Position numbers and translations under genes: made by a program | Origin: a virus | DNA: 64,000 nucleotides | Virus record (IMG/VR): IMGVR_UViG_3300023243_000009 | Location: 1 to 64,000 of that record | Direction: 5' to 3' (one strand) | The notes under the pieces: generated by a model | What the model was told of the DNA's origin: nothing | The model's database searches: none | Seen by the model: only the letters and a program-made list of their open reading frames with translations | Part shown: positions 40,601 to 49,883 of the stretch, piece by piece | How positions within the stretch are numbered: the stretch's first letter is position 1 | How the letters are laid out: each line of letters opens with the position of its first letter

Positions 40601-42582
40601 GAATATCTAATATCGGTACTAGCTACGTTATTAATAGCTGGAGGGATACCTGGGGTTTTGAATCTAAGTTGAATAGTTTGTGGGGTTCCACCTCCGAAAT
40701 TGACATTTGAAAGTAAGGAAGATGATAAAAAGTTGTCTGATGTTTCTCCTGTATTAAATGCGTAGTTAAATACATTTTGTTTTAGATCCCAGTCTTGAGA
40801 CTCATTTCTATCTTTACCCCCAAATTCGTTTACTCTTAAAATAGTATCAGGAATACCATATGAAGTAATTAATGCTCTTAAACCAGCTACTGTACCTTTA
40901 GTTTTAAGTAAATATGGTAAATTATGATAAATACGTTTATAAATGCGTTTGTTTACATCACTTAATGGCACTATATCATTTGAAGCAGAAATTTGAGTAT
41001 CAACGTATTCATACCCAGAAGGAGTAGGTAAACTACTTGTAATTTCAGGGAAGGGAAATAAACTACCTGAAGGAGTTATTCCTAAAAATGCGGAGTATAA
41101 ATCATCATTATTAAAGTTATTAGAATATAGTTTAACTCCAAAATCTTTAATGGCATCAGCTATTAAATCTTTAGATATACCATAATCTAAACGGTTATCA
41201 GCATTAAATTTATTTGTAATGTCTTTAGTATACAACCAAATATTATCATAATGTTGAGCCACCATATCAATAAAAAGTTCATACTTTATATTTTCAGAAT
41301 CTTCTTTTAAATACTCAGGAATGGAATTATATAGTCTATCTGGGTTTTCTTCATCAAATAAAGAAGCGGATAGAGCTAACCCACCATAATTGACATTACT
41401 TTCATCTGCACTACCTAACCAAGTTAAAACTTCTAGGTTTTCTGTTGGATATAAAATAAAGGGAGGGGTAGAGTTAGATTTTGGGTAGGAATAACTTGAA
41501 CCACTATTAAAATACATAAAATATTCAAAACCATCAAAGTTCTGGATTAGTGTGTCTATGTTTGAATTTAATAGACCAACACTTGAAATATAAGATACAG
41601 AAGAAGTTGTAGCACTTGTTATATTTGAAGATATAGTATTTAATTGGTTACTATAATTTTCAATTAGTCCTACTTTATAATAGAAATTTTCTAATCTAGT
41701 TAATACTGATGAGAAATGAGTGAAATCATTGAAATCTTCATAATTAACGTTTATGTTAATTTCCTTAGTATTTAGTAAATTTTTAATTTGGTTAACTGAA
41801 CTAGTTACGTTTGAGTTTAATAATTCACTATATGAAAAAAGTTGACTAGAGTTCCCAGTTTCTTGTTTTACGTTTAAATTGAAATTAGGACCTGCTATAA
41901 ATTCAAAATCATCTTCAATAGTAGGAGTAAAGGGGAAATCAACTTGATATGCCTGGGGTGTAGATAATATTTCAACAACCCATAATTGTGATTTTAAATC
42001 AAATTCCTCAGGTAAGGGTTCGTATAATTTTATTAGAACCGTAGGGTCTTCAGTATTATTATTATCTAAGGATATATTATTAGCTATTACAATTTTATTA
42101 TCTCCAAAATTAAGATAAAAATCAGCAAAATAGGGAGTATTATCTCTATACCCTATAAATTCATTAGTAGAAGATACAATAGAAGTATTAGTAATAGTAT
42201 TACTATCTAACCTAATTTCAGTTCTATCAGAGGAAACTTCAGATATAAAATATGTTTCATTTATGTTAGAACTTAATCTTTTTCTATAAAAATTATAAAC
42301 GATAGAATAAATACCTATATCATATCCTAAATTTTCAAGATCTAATTGAGGGTTTAATAATACATCTCCTTGTTTAACATTAAAAGATGTTAAAGGGATA
42401 GTACTTGAAGGGTATATTTTAGTTTGATTTTCATCATATATATAAAACTCTATATAATCCGTTGATGATGAAAATTCTGTGTCTAAATCAGACACGGCTA
42501 TTAACTCGACATCAGAAGTTTTATAATCTTGAACTTCAAATGTAGTTGGGTCTAATTGTAATATTGTAATTTCCTCGTTCAT
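34606..42582 (-). CDS. Very large virion structural protein (probable baseplate wedge), 2658 aa
   Basis: Uninterrupted S/T/N-rich beta-type ORF in the baseplate cluster; RIYKRIYHNLPYLLKTKGT segment. Confidence 0.75.
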   Translation of the reverse strand: MNEEITILQLDPTTFEVQDYKTSDVELIAVSDLDTEFSSSTDYIEFYIYDENQTKIYPSSTIPLTSFNVKQGDVLLNPQLDLENLGYDIGIYSIVYNFYRKRLSSNINETYFISEVSSDRTEIRLDSNTITNTSIVSSTNEFIGYRDNTPYFADFYLNFGDNKIVIANNISLDNNNTEDPTVLIKLYEPLPEEFDLKSQLWVVEILSTPQAYQVDFPFTPTIEDDFEFIAGPNFNLNVKQETGNSSQLFSYSELLNSNVTSSVNQIKNLLNTKEININVNYEDFNDFTHFSSVLTRLENFYYKVGLIENYSNQLNTISSNITSATTSSVSYISSVGLLNSNIDTLIQNFDGFEYFMYFNSGSSYSYPKSNSTPPFILYPTENLEVLTWLGSADESNVNYGGLALSASLFDEENPDRLYNSIPEYLKEDSENIKYELFIDMVAQHYDNIWLYTKDITNKFNADNRLDYGISKDLIADAIKDFGVKLYSNNFNNDDLYSAFLGITPSGSLFPFPEITSSLPTPSGYEYVDTQISASNDIVPLSDVNKRIYKRIYHNLPYLLKTKGTVAGLRALITSYGIPDTILRVNEFGGKDRNESQDWDLKQNVFNYAFNTGETSDNFLSSSLLSNVNFGGGTPQTIQLRFKTPGIPPAINNVASTDIRYSQSLWSTDDGGNLILEYTGSGLVSSSYSGSSIDQYDTWGTLKWIPAYASDPTISSSIYFPAFNQDWWSVQVTMGDTNTNSTLYVANEINGRVGFNMSDYISGYDSSHYSQSTVGFLNKDTNVILGSNVYQPFSGSFQELRYFNAAIPQNTFHDFVLNPYSIEGTTTNSTPNELFFRADLGTELNTESRTSIHPKVTGSLSQITQSFSSNSSFYINNAEWVSNIENTYQDQVPSGIKSRVTDKIALIGNDIAESPSGSNGDIKVLSPFQSVQQESFVSSSYTPDVNYLEVAFSPQDQINDDINAQLGYFNIGDYIGDPRHISSNERSYPALDTLRNAYFEKYINSYNVVDFIRLIKFFDNSLFKMIKDFTPARTSLSSGVVVKQHILERNKQRPAQVSWSNETYSGSIKPQSRNYSTGSGDVGQYEANGGSSIYKFTGGTGGSLERYNGLQTSPSASAYGLNNQFNLTQSYSETIEGSISNTINNSGEFVGYGNIEIHDQRELYNGEFSGSSLIVTDQILNPGCGPYLKVTDNSISFNPIVFSLTSGDGTYFQGTTTETEILLNKNSPKSGDAWIISEQISISPPIAKVKYIKLSNKDINNKSIGDFLINSNSIKWITPDAVVRSNNNVAEYVIEGVTEFANSTLLRISQTQGDNIKTSTTDLTTDIVTEFYPITSSTSAGSENWSLNVSGDYRTSDSIGVGNDNLQQGNFIRSDNYQKQYFWSWDNPGNDSQSFFNSGSDLTPQNNITSDISKFNFGSYNPKRTSNIPWFFSASISYSASSLGTGGVIISENNIYHSSSKYTGATLTDQNFTFSNFGVESGVFKPSPLTVDVSNTFFKSEYNNQIPGDSGSSVNQIGGHPKIKIAGTASIDFHFPRLKIGGTPRILSPAIPGWTPLSGSDLTTMSSTPNANFTSSFPEDTIVNWSSSVSPNNKQGVYQDGAIEVSYDGVEEYFLRDNDSLNDIYIKYNLNISASISNYTASIQTRAYGSTNNTQNWYTLPQIYQSNANKQIVISNGEIPEPPTFSGITYNHMAFRIVLKSPEPSFEYRISTFNGSVYARFSGNNSYLSIPNTFNSTTFQGTPSNPQRFTSSFSSPGGRHPEIKIQAHLKKINSTGTVSTIASSDTPILEPIFGGKEFIFPDSPTINIVDINSIDDMYFIEYSMSNYDYNSDTNNESFNVAFLETGDLESKILITQALTSSEDGAYNLTGSLLIEKGNYDNPTQMGDVILSQQFIVPNSSSSGNVTLTGSFEFPFEYDDVFRMAVEVIKPTFNSGLAITSYTMSISPSSSIYAPLSSPPTNNIYKIPTSSGFIIPSYFGEGILPFNLALDCQPTLNNYNDIRDNSFIMDVSYNNISGSISPVNFDQILNNTADKAQTPDSNYTSTRSIRPRYNGTKTTGNQYNIWSIKDVDTYGKNPVIELKDAYFGYFKNIKDLYPLVNDKISLELTYLLDQQSNAVPPSLEGYGVNILEKTFPISNPISIGFISSSQYAQELDDSYPIYKLASKPTPILYSQTSSAGYALEIPLTGSGRISMYDNNDINTIVDYSFTAQGTSSYDNNNIIYTSKTSNYTQIINPTEEVVIDPFNAGSNYIDPYTTVNGSIIFGDNGSESVDKNPQRISMQTSFATSFLNESGGVELAFDVQMVSGSTPVEFNLEDISLIVHRTGKEPFNAGSIIGSGINNLIRFVSPISTTFTRKRNLYKTDTINAYNPQRGSYYALIENVPLNSFLTQKGVYTQGKGGAFFKGDINGLEFVIKANSGEFLFKTNDSIHFKVKIEIQKPKKEKFGPNILYPADYEGLKFPSKLSTIGERTSLLAGDNKGTSPFWVYPNSTDKNILIMSSSNINEAYGGKFYQGPLKYVPGPSEYFDSGVEPSGTQFPKITSPIEFFPGDEIRFGNNENYTYIIKSVVPPENNIVDGIGKIKIVLDSEVPESINKDFFLIRRFTPKASSFILDTQFPYSAESSGSEANGIIYPTFPTDYIKNSGSSIVTDLIDKGVIK

Positions 42583-42601
42583 ATATTAAAATCTATTCTA
42601 T

Positions 42602-43036
42602 TTAAGAAGGAATGTTTGTTATTTGGTCTGTTATACTTTTTAATTCAGAATTTAATTTTTGAAATTCGTTAGTTTCTGAAGCTGATATGGTTTCGGAAAT
42701 TGAACCTGAGAGGGCCTGTATGTTTGCTTTTAATAAATCTTGGCGTAATAAAGTGATTTCGGCTTGTAATGCTTCTATTTCTTCATTGTTTTGATTGAAG
42801 TTAATATATTCCCCACTTTGTTCTACTAAGTATCTATGGGAATTGGTAGACCCTTCAGGTGAGATTTCATAGAATAATTCATTATATAAATTAAAAAATT
42901 CCGTAAGGGTAATTTGATTTTGAATATCTTCTTGGATAGTAGTTACCCCCAATTCTCTAAAGCTAGTGTTTATAGTTTTAGTGTATTGAGATTTACTAAA
43001 TACTTCTTTTTTTAAATCTATTTTAGATTCTACCAT
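42602..43036 (-). CDS. Hypothetical structural protein with a coiled coil
   Basis: EIEALQAEITLLRQDL; baseplate cluster. Confidence 0.65.
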   Translation of the reverse strand: MVESKIDLKKEVFSKSQYTKTINTSFRELGVTTIQEDIQNQITLTEFFNLYNELFYEISPEGSTNSHRYLVEQSGEYINFNQNNEEIEALQAEITLLRQDLLKANIQALSGSISETISASETNEFQKLNSELKSITDQITNIPS

Positions 43037-43038
43037 AA

Positions 43039-44187
43039 TTATCCATTAATAACTTTAAAGTAATATTTATCATCTTTTATAATAGTGCTACCTGAGATAG
43101 TAGTTTGTATTAAAATCTTATAATATCTTTCAGGTTCTAACCCATTCATATATATATCAAAGTAATTTCCTTCTTCATTGCATGATATTTTAGTAGAATT
43201 AGGATCGAAATCTATAATATATTCATTAGTATCCAAATCCTGCAGGGCGTATAAAGAGTCACTATTTAAAAACTTATTATTAGTATAAATAGAAGAGGTT
43301 TGATAGGCACGGGTAGGGTATTCTTCTCTAACATTTAATTTAAACCTATTAATGCTGTTAATATTAAAAGTTCCAGGATTGTTATTTACAGAAACGTGTA
43401 AATCGGGTGTTGTTATTTCTTTTAAACTCCCAGTTAAGAATGATTGGTCATCCCACTTAAGTTCTAATTGTGGTGGGTATATAGTATTGGTATCTACAGA
43501 ATAAAATTGCATAATAGGTTGAACACTATCGTTTTGATTAAATTCTATAACATCCTCCCATTTCACAATAAACCCATTGTTAGGAATAGAGGTATAACCT
43601 CCTATTGAATTCGAGCTTGAGTACCAAACCTTTACAATATCACTTACATCTACATCTAGATCTTTATTAGATCTTAAATCAAAGGTTTGAGATGGGTTTA
43701 ACAAAGTATTATTTGGGTCTGAGGATCCTGTGAACCAGGTTCCACCACCTAAATAACTTCCAGAGAAGGAAGAGGTTATATAACTACCAAATCCACTAGT
43801 AGGCCATAAATTACCATTTTCAAAATCCGAATACCTCCAACTTACACCATTAACCGTAAAGGGTGAGTCTAAATATGTTCCAGTACCATTATTCCATTCG
43901 CGTGCTACAGGATATACTTCTAGATTAGTGTTAGATATAATCCCTTGAGCTGTAGCTATATAAGTTTTTAATCTACTAGAGAAGTTAGTGTTTCCTATTT
44001 TATTATTAATAACGTCTTCAATTTCACTTTGACTAAATTTTATTAGGAATCTGAATACTTGGGGTAAAGATTTATAGTTTAAATTTAAATTTCCTATCTC
44101 TATAATAGGATCTATCCCAGCATTCATTGTAGGGTAAAATGAATATATAGATGCGTCTTGAATGGGGAATAATTTATATACTGCCAT
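43039..44187 (-). CDS. Virion structural protein (DNRLRE-like beta domain)
   Basis: DASIY...RFLIKFS...W.NGTG...VSW...DVSDIVK.W...NNGFIVK...PQLELKW. Confidence 0.55.
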   Translation of the reverse strand: MAVYKLFPIQDASIYSFYPTMNAGIDPIIEIGNLNLNYKSLPQVFRFLIKFSQSEIEDVINNKIGNTNFSSRLKTYIATAQGIISNTNLEVYPVAREWNNGTGTYLDSPFTVNGVSWRYSDFENGNLWPTSGFGSYITSSFSGSYLGGGTWFTGSSDPNNTLLNPSQTFDLRSNKDLDVDVSDIVKVWYSSSNSIGGYTSIPNNGFIVKWEDVIEFNQNDSVQPIMQFYSVDTNTIYPPQLELKWDDQSFLTGSLKEITTPDLHVSVNNNPGTFNINSINRFKLNVREEYPTRAYQTSSIYTNNKFLNSDSLYALQDLDTNEYIIDFDPNSTKISCNEEGNYFDIYMNGLEPERYYKILIQTTISGSTIIKDDKYYFKVING

Positions 44188-44200
44188 TTTTATTTTTTTA

Positions 44201-46036
44201 TTATAATGTTATTACTCTACCTTTAATATCCTCATTTGGGAATTTAACTTCAAATATACTAGGGTCTAATGAAGGGTAAATTACTCCGTTTTGGGTTGCT
44301 CCTTCTATACTATATGCATATTGGGAATATCCTGATAAAGCACCAGTTTTATTATGGATTTGGATGTTTTTAACTGTTTGTACTCCCATAATATTGTCTA
44401 GTAAATTATATAAATCTCTTAATACTATAGGTTGGTTTATCTGCCACCTGTTTATATTAAAGTAATCTTGTAGGGAACTTATACATTTAGCTAAAACCTC
44501 ATTGTTGTTATAATTAGGTAAAGTTAGGATTTCAAATTCACACCCTATATTAAGTATAAAAGCATCTTTAATACTCAAAGAATCCCCTATCATTCTATAT
44601 TGATTTATATAAGTTTTTAGGTTATTCTTTAAGGTAGAGGAAGCGGTAATTAATTTTTTAAGAGAATCATAAGTTAAAACATATAAATCTAGTGTTGAAT
44701 TTGCTTCATTTGCTTTTGGTTTTTGAATAAATGCCTTAGAAATAACCCCGTATCTACCTGACATGCTAAGTGCTCTAACTAAATAGTCATCAGCGGTTAC
44801 ATTACGTAACTGGCTATTGAAGTTGGATATTGTATTTTGTCTTAATTCTTCTATATTATCCCCATCTTGCCCCCCGCTTGCGGCTAATTCGTTATTAGCT
44901 GCTAGTGAACTAAAAATATAATCTGCAGTAGTTGGGTTTAAATTAGTATTTAAAAATGTAATATTATTTGTATTTAAATTAGTTAAAGTATTTGAAGAAA
45001 CATTAGAAGTTACACCACCACCCACTAAGTACCTTACTGTTAAGGTAGTATTAGAAGGGGCAATACCATAAGTATTTGTAAAAATAAAGTTAGTTGGGCT
45101 ATATGCTGTGGTTAATTTATTTTTTTCAAATGGTAAACCTAAACCCACATTATTAGGATTAGGTAAAATTTCCTCATCATTATCTCCAGGCTTCCCAGCA
45201 CCAAATTGAAGTTGGAGGGTAGTAGGGGATAAAAAACGAGTCGCAAATCTACGTTGTACTTGCTTTGTTTGTAATATGTAAGGAGTATCTAAATTAGAGG
45301 AGTTATTAGGATTATTTACGTTAGTATTTTTAATACCGTCAAATATTAATTCCTGTCCTAAATAATCTACCTCATACCATTTATTATTTTCAGAATCAAA
45401 TACATCTATTATTTCAGCAATATTAGAGTTATTTATTTCTACCGTTGGAAATTCTTGATAATTCCCGAAGCTAATGTTAGTACTACTTATGTTACCGGAT
45501 GTTGCTTTTCGTGTTTTCTTTAATAGAAAATATGTAGGTTCACCAGAAGAAATTTGGGCAATTGATACTGTAGTAAGATCTAAGGAATTGGATACTGAGA
45601 AATCAATTGTGTCTTCTATAATGAAGCTAACCCCAGTTGTTGAAGTTACAGTAGTATTTTCATTTACATATAAGGCATAAGTATAATCGGGAACCATCTC
45701 ACTATTAATATTAATAGAAGGCAATAATTGGTAAAAATCAATATTTACTATTGCTAGACCTGTAACTTTAGGTCTATAACCAAACATATATGCAAGTTCA
45801 TATAAATTATTATCTTGACGAGCGTATTGTAAAAATGTTTCTTGTACTTGGTTATCCAAATAAAAAGATAAAACATCCCCTACATACGCCGCTTGTTCCA
45901 TAAACATAATACCGGGGGATGCCGGGGAAAAATCTGTATATGTGTTAGGGAAATAAGTTTGGGAAAAATTAATAAGTTGTGACCTATAGTCATTAAAATC
46001 CTTATTAATATAATTTATGTCTCTATTTATTGCCAT
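44201..46036 (-). CDS. gp6: Baseplate wedge protein (T4 gp6 / baseplate-J-like)
   Basis: DFNDYRSQL...TYTDFSPASPG...VGDVLSFYLD; ASGGQDGDNIEELR...RNVTADDY. Confidence 0.85.
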   Translation of the reverse strand: MAINRDINYINKDFNDYRSQLINFSQTYFPNTYTDFSPASPGIMFMEQAAYVGDVLSFYLDNQVQETFLQYARQDNNLYELAYMFGYRPKVTGLAIVNIDFYQLLPSININSEMVPDYTYALYVNENTTVTSTTGVSFIIEDTIDFSVSNSLDLTTVSIAQISSGEPTYFLLKKTRKATSGNISSTNISFGNYQEFPTVEINNSNIAEIIDVFDSENNKWYEVDYLGQELIFDGIKNTNVNNPNNSSNLDTPYILQTKQVQRRFATRFLSPTTLQLQFGAGKPGDNDEEILPNPNNVGLGLPFEKNKLTTAYSPTNFIFTNTYGIAPSNTTLTVRYLVGGGVTSNVSSNTLTNLNTNNITFLNTNLNPTTADYIFSSLAANNELAASGGQDGDNIEELRQNTISNFNSQLRNVTADDYLVRALSMSGRYGVISKAFIQKPKANEANSTLDLYVLTYDSLKKLITASSTLKNNLKTYINQYRMIGDSLSIKDAFILNIGCEFEILTLPNYNNNEVLAKCISSLQDYFNINRWQINQPIVLRDLYNLLDNIMGVQTVKNIQIHNKTGALSGYSQYAYSIEGATQNGVIYPSLDPSIFEVKFPNEDIKGRVITL

Positions 46037-46443
46037 TATGAAAAGCTTAATTGTAATTCATCATTAATTGTAGTATTGGGTATACTATAGTTAATAATAA
46101 CGTTAATACTATTATATGTTAAATTTTCTAACACTTCTATAGAATCTACAAGAATATTAGGAAAATTTTGATTAATTTTATCTTGAATGTCTTCCTTAAT
46201 AAATTCAAGATTCCCTTCGGTTATTTGAGTAAAAATATATTGTCTTAATCCGGCACCAAATGTAGGATTCCCGGGACGTTCTCCAGGATTTGTTAGAAAA
46301 TAATTTATTAGATTATTTTTAATCGCATCTTTAGTTAAAAAGTTAGAAGAAAAAGCAACCTCACCATTAAATGGAATATCTACTCCTAAAGCTTTTCTAG
46401 GATTTAAATCTTCGGGAAATATTTGCTTTGAACCAAATGCCAT
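46036..46443 (-). CDS. gp25: Baseplate wedge/sheath initiator (gp25-like)
   Basis: AIKNNLINYFLTNPGERPGNPTFGAGLRQYIF. Confidence 0.88.
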   Translation of the reverse strand: MAFGSKQIFPEDLNPRKALGVDIPFNGEVAFSSNFLTKDAIKNNLINYFLTNPGERPGNPTFGAGLRQYIFTQITEGNLEFIKEDIQDKINQNFPNILVDSIEVLENLTYNSINVIINYSIPNTTINDELQLSFS

Positions 46444-46451
46444 TTTTTATT

Positions 46452-46844
46452 TTATTTTTTCATTAAATTCATTATTTGATCCATTGATACCTCTCCTTGT
46501 GGTAAACTACTATTTGGGTTTGAGGTATCCATGTTACTATTTATTTGTAATGGCATATTATTGGTTGTTGCTGATATAGTACCATTTGCTCCCGGAGTCA
46601 TTCCTCCTAATATATTTTGGATATTTTCTCTCATAGCCATTCTATTATCTTCGGACATAGAAGTTTGCATTATAGGGTTCATTTTACTTGGAGGGGCTAC
46701 ATCGGTTGTAGGAATTCCCATTCTGTTTTCATAAACAGTTTGTTTTGGAGAACGTATAGCTTCCATAAGAATATCTTTAATTTCTTCTTGGATTGCTTCT
46801 TTTACTGCCTCTTTTACGATAGTTTTCAATTGACTCAGTTTCAT
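46452..46844 (-). CDS. Hypothetical protein with leader MKLSQLKTIVKEAVKEAIQEE
   Basis: The leader resembles those of the 9.6-26 kb proteins; late promoter at 46860-46867. Confidence 0.6.
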   Translation of the reverse strand: MKLSQLKTIVKEAVKEAIQEEIKDILMEAIRSPKQTVYENRMGIPTTDVAPPSKMNPIMQTSMSEDNRMAMRENIQNILGGMTPGANGTISATTNNMPLQINSNMDTSNPNSSLPQGEVSMDQIMNLMKK

Positions 46845-46872
46845 ACGTATATGATTTATTATAAATATTAAA

Positions 46873-48261
46873 TTAGTTAGCTTTTAAATTATTACTTTGA
46901 ATGTAGAATATAAGTTCATCAATTAAAATTTGATCACTTGCACTAAAAGATGGTTCTCCTTTTAATAAAATAACTCCTTGTTTATCTTTAGCAATTGCAA
47001 ACCTACGCTTTAAAGTACCAACTTCATCTTTATCTTCTACAACACTAAAATAAAACCCGTTTAAATACGGTTTTGGGGTTTCTATATTATCTCTTTCATT
47101 TTCTTCTCTTAAGGCTATTAGTTCGGGGGAAAGTGATTCTAAATCTGCTTCTAGAGAACATTCCCCAATCATATTATCTATTTTTTTAAGATAAATTAAA
47201 ACTATTACTAAAGCCGCTACTAAAAATGCCAATGAAATTATAATCTGTTTATTTAATTTTTTATTATCTTCAGCAATTTTATCTAATTTATCCTTTATCC
47301 TATCAAAAGCCCCTATTATTGAATAAGGTAAACCAACTCCTGGGGGTACTGCTAAAGGGAAAGCTAGGGATTGAATTTGATTTATAATGCCTTTTAGTAT
47401 AAATGAAATATTTAATACTGCTACCGCTAACGCACTATTTACTACTATAGTAGAGTATATTTGATTTAATTGTCTTACAATTCTATTTCTTTTTCTAATG
47501 GCATCCTTTAAGGAATCAGGTGAAGGACAACTTATACCTTTAGTTATATCTTGGGTTTTTACTACCCCGAATATTATAAATATTTGAATTGCTAGGGGTA
47601 TTAATCTTAATTTAATAACATTTGTAAGTTTACTTATAGCTTGACGTCGTAATATAATAATATTATCAACAGCTCCTAAGGATATTTTAGTAAGTTCATT
47701 TATTCCAGCATCTAAAGCAATTTGAACCTTTTTATCTTCATCCTCTGAGAGTTTATTTATATTAATTAAGCCAAAGGTAGGTAAATCTGTTTTAATATTA
47801 TTACCTCTATTAATTAAAATTTGTTGTGAGGGGGCAAAATTTTCTTTAGTATAAAAAAATTGTGTTTTTAATACTGATTTTTCGCTATTTTGTTCTTGAT
47901 TTCCTACTATTGCAACTTCTATTATAGTTTTATATTTTCCTTGAAAATCTGTTATTGGTGGTGTACCAATAATATTACACAATATTGGAACTATTTTTAC
48001 ACCCTCTAGAGGTTCACCTATACTTTGATCAAATATTCTACCGGAGATTTCATACTGTTTAATTCTAGGAGTGTTTTCTTTTATAAATTGTTTTCTTCTT
48101 TCTTTATCTCGAAGAAATAATTCTAATTCTACATCACTAACATCTAATAGACGTAGTCCAGATTCAGTATTAAGATATGATGTAGCCAAATCAATTAAAC
48201 CTTTTTTTGAAGATTTTAATGCTTTACCAGCTTTGGTTTCTTTCTTTTCTTCTTCAGCCAT
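46873..48261 (-). CDS. Baseplate-associated protein with a CarboxypepD_reg-like segment and hydrophobic helices
   Basis: YEISGRIFDQSIGEPLEGVKIV; hydrophobic LAIQIFIIFGVV, LAVAVLNISFIL, IIISLAFLVAALVIVLIYL. Confidence 0.55.
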   Translation of the reverse strand: MAEEEKKETKAGKALKSSKKGLIDLATSYLNTESGLRLLDVSDVELELFLRDKERRKQFIKENTPRIKQYEISGRIFDQSIGEPLEGVKIVPILCNIIGTPPITDFQGKYKTIIEVAIVGNQEQNSEKSVLKTQFFYTKENFAPSQQILINRGNNIKTDLPTFGLININKLSEDEDKKVQIALDAGINELTKISLGAVDNIIILRRQAISKLTNVIKLRLIPLAIQIFIIFGVVKTQDITKGISCPSPDSLKDAIRKRNRIVRQLNQIYSTIVVNSALAVAVLNISFILKGIINQIQSLAFPLAVPPGVGLPYSIIGAFDRIKDKLDKIAEDNKKLNKQIIISLAFLVAALVIVLIYLKKIDNMIGECSLEADLESLSPELIALREENERDNIETPKPYLNGFYFSVVEDKDEVGTLKRRFAIAKDKQGVILLKGEPSFSASDQILIDELIFYIQSNNLKAN

Positions 48262-48264
48262 AAT

Positions 48265-49512
48265 TTATATAGTTTTAGTTGTTTTTGATAGAAAAGAATC
48301 TACATTTTTTAATATTTTTTCTATAGTAATTTGTGTAGAAGAAGCGGCTAAAGCCGCAGGACCTAGAGTTGGTTCTAATGTTAATGCTCTACACAATATA
48401 CTTAGGGAATTTAAGAGGAATTCAAATTCTTTTACAAAATTATCCCCCAATATTAGGGATTGATTAGCTTTCGTATCTCCTAATTTAACTAAATTTGCTT
48501 GGATATTAATATTTCCTTTTTTAGAATATAACCCAATATCCTCAATAGATGAAAGTGAAATCGACTTTTTAGAGTTTAATATAAGATGGTCACTATTAGT
48601 ATTAAACACTAACCTCCCAGAATTTAATATAACTTGATTTTTTTTATATTGTCCTATAATTTCAGGTGATGTTGATGAAATAGCAGGGAATGAATTAATA
48701 TCGGTGTTTAATGGTATATTTTGTGTAGAAGTTAAATATATAGACCCTAAATCTTTATTTATATTTTCTGTAAGTGGGATCCATCCTTCTTCGGATGAAT
48801 CAAGAGGTTGACCATTGCGAATTATAGTAATAGGATCTCCATCTTTACTACTACCTCCTGACCAGTTGTTTTTAATACTTCCTTGGGTTTTAGCGGTACT
48901 ACCTAAACGTATAGAAGTTCCAAATCTTCCTTCAAATATGTTATCACCCGCAAAGGGTAATAAAGGGTGAATATCAGATTTTTCTACAAAACTCCCCCCA
49001 ATTTTGGGTGAGTTAAGATTTATTTCAGTTGAATTGTCTGTTACTCTACGTACCGAGCCTTGTTCTATGGATTCGTAGTCTTTTTGTTGTGACTCAGGAG
49101 TTAGAGTTGCATGAATAACATTAGGGTATGCATTATGGTGGGGATGATTCCATAAATTTAAAGGGTTCAGATAATAATACGAAGTTGTGTTGCTTACTTG
49201 ATCTATATTTCTATCTGAGAGTTCGAATATTAAGACTATTTCGTTTATTAGGGGGTAATTTTTTAAATATGGGATTAAGGGGGTAGCAGAAGTAGTAGTA
49301 ATATCACCCCCCGCATTTATGTCAATGGATTCAAATTCAATTGTACCGATACCATTCCATTCTCCATACTTTTTAAAATTAGGGTGAGTATTATCTAATA
49401 TAATATCTTTAACTCTATAGGATTGAATTTTATTTTCAGTAGAGGAAAATATATTATTTGAAGAAGATTCGTTTTTTGTTGTAAAATTAGCAAGCCCAAA
49501 TTTAATCGCCAT
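48265..49512 (-). CDS. Baseplate hub/central spike protein (gp5/VgrG-like)
   Basis: OB-like N-terminus (YPLINEIVLI), GDNIFEGRFGTSIRLGST, beta-helix-like VILNSGRLVFN...LILNSKKSISL. Confidence 0.7.
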   Translation of the reverse strand: MAIKFGLANFTTKNESSSNNIFSSTENKIQSYRVKDIILDNTHPNFKKYGEWNGIGTIEFESIDINAGGDITTTSATPLIPYLKNYPLINEIVLIFELSDRNIDQVSNTTSYYYLNPLNLWNHPHHNAYPNVIHATLTPESQQKDYESIEQGSVRRVTDNSTEINLNSPKIGGSFVEKSDIHPLLPFAGDNIFEGRFGTSIRLGSTAKTQGSIKNNWSGGSSKDGDPITIIRNGQPLDSSEEGWIPLTENINKDLGSIYLTSTQNIPLNTDINSFPAISSTSPEIIGQYKKNQVILNSGRLVFNTNSDHLILNSKKSISLSSIEDIGLYSKKGNINIQANLVKLGDTKANQSLILGDNFVKEFEFLLNSLSILCRALTLEPTLGPAALAASSTQITIEKILKNVDSFLSKTTKTI

Positions 49513-49852
49513 CTTTTTCTTTAAAATTTTTATTTAAATTTTCTAATTCTGCCATTAATTCCGCCTTTTCATCCTCCGTAATACCATCGCTACTATCGCT
49601 TGTAGTATTATTTAATACACGCTGTATTATAGTTGCCATTTTAATTAATTGTTCATCGTTTTTTATGCCAATTTCCATATATTCTTTAATGAGTGGAACA
49701 AGTAACATAGCATCACCTATATCTTTAATAAGAGGCTTCAATTCCGAAATTAATCCCGATATTTGTTTTTCTTTGGATTTTTGATTATCATATATTTCCC
49801 CCAAAATGTCGGAGAATTTCTTTTTTTTAAATACAACTTTATCTAATGACAT
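49502..49852 (-). CDS. Hypothetical helical protein (possible terminase small subunit)
   Basis: 116 aa, all-helical; late promoter at 49866-49873; TerS is a guess. Confidence 0.5.
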   Translation of the reverse strand: MSLDKVVFKKKKFSDILGEIYDNQKSKEKQISGLISELKPLIKDIGDAMLLVPLIKEYMEIGIKNDEQLIKMATIIQRVLNNTTSDSSDGITEDEKAELMAELENLNKNFKEKDGD

Positions 49853-49883
49853 AATGTAATTTTATTATAAATATAAAGGATAA

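Noticed and set aside
117-49000. Numerous short plus-strand ORFs in the ORF track (e.g. 117..326, 1462..1758, 8542..8814, 48071..48463)
   Set aside because: They are antisense shadows of long, motif-bearing minus-strand genes, with Ser/Leu/Phe-rich composition typical of the reverse frame of Lys/Glu-rich genes.
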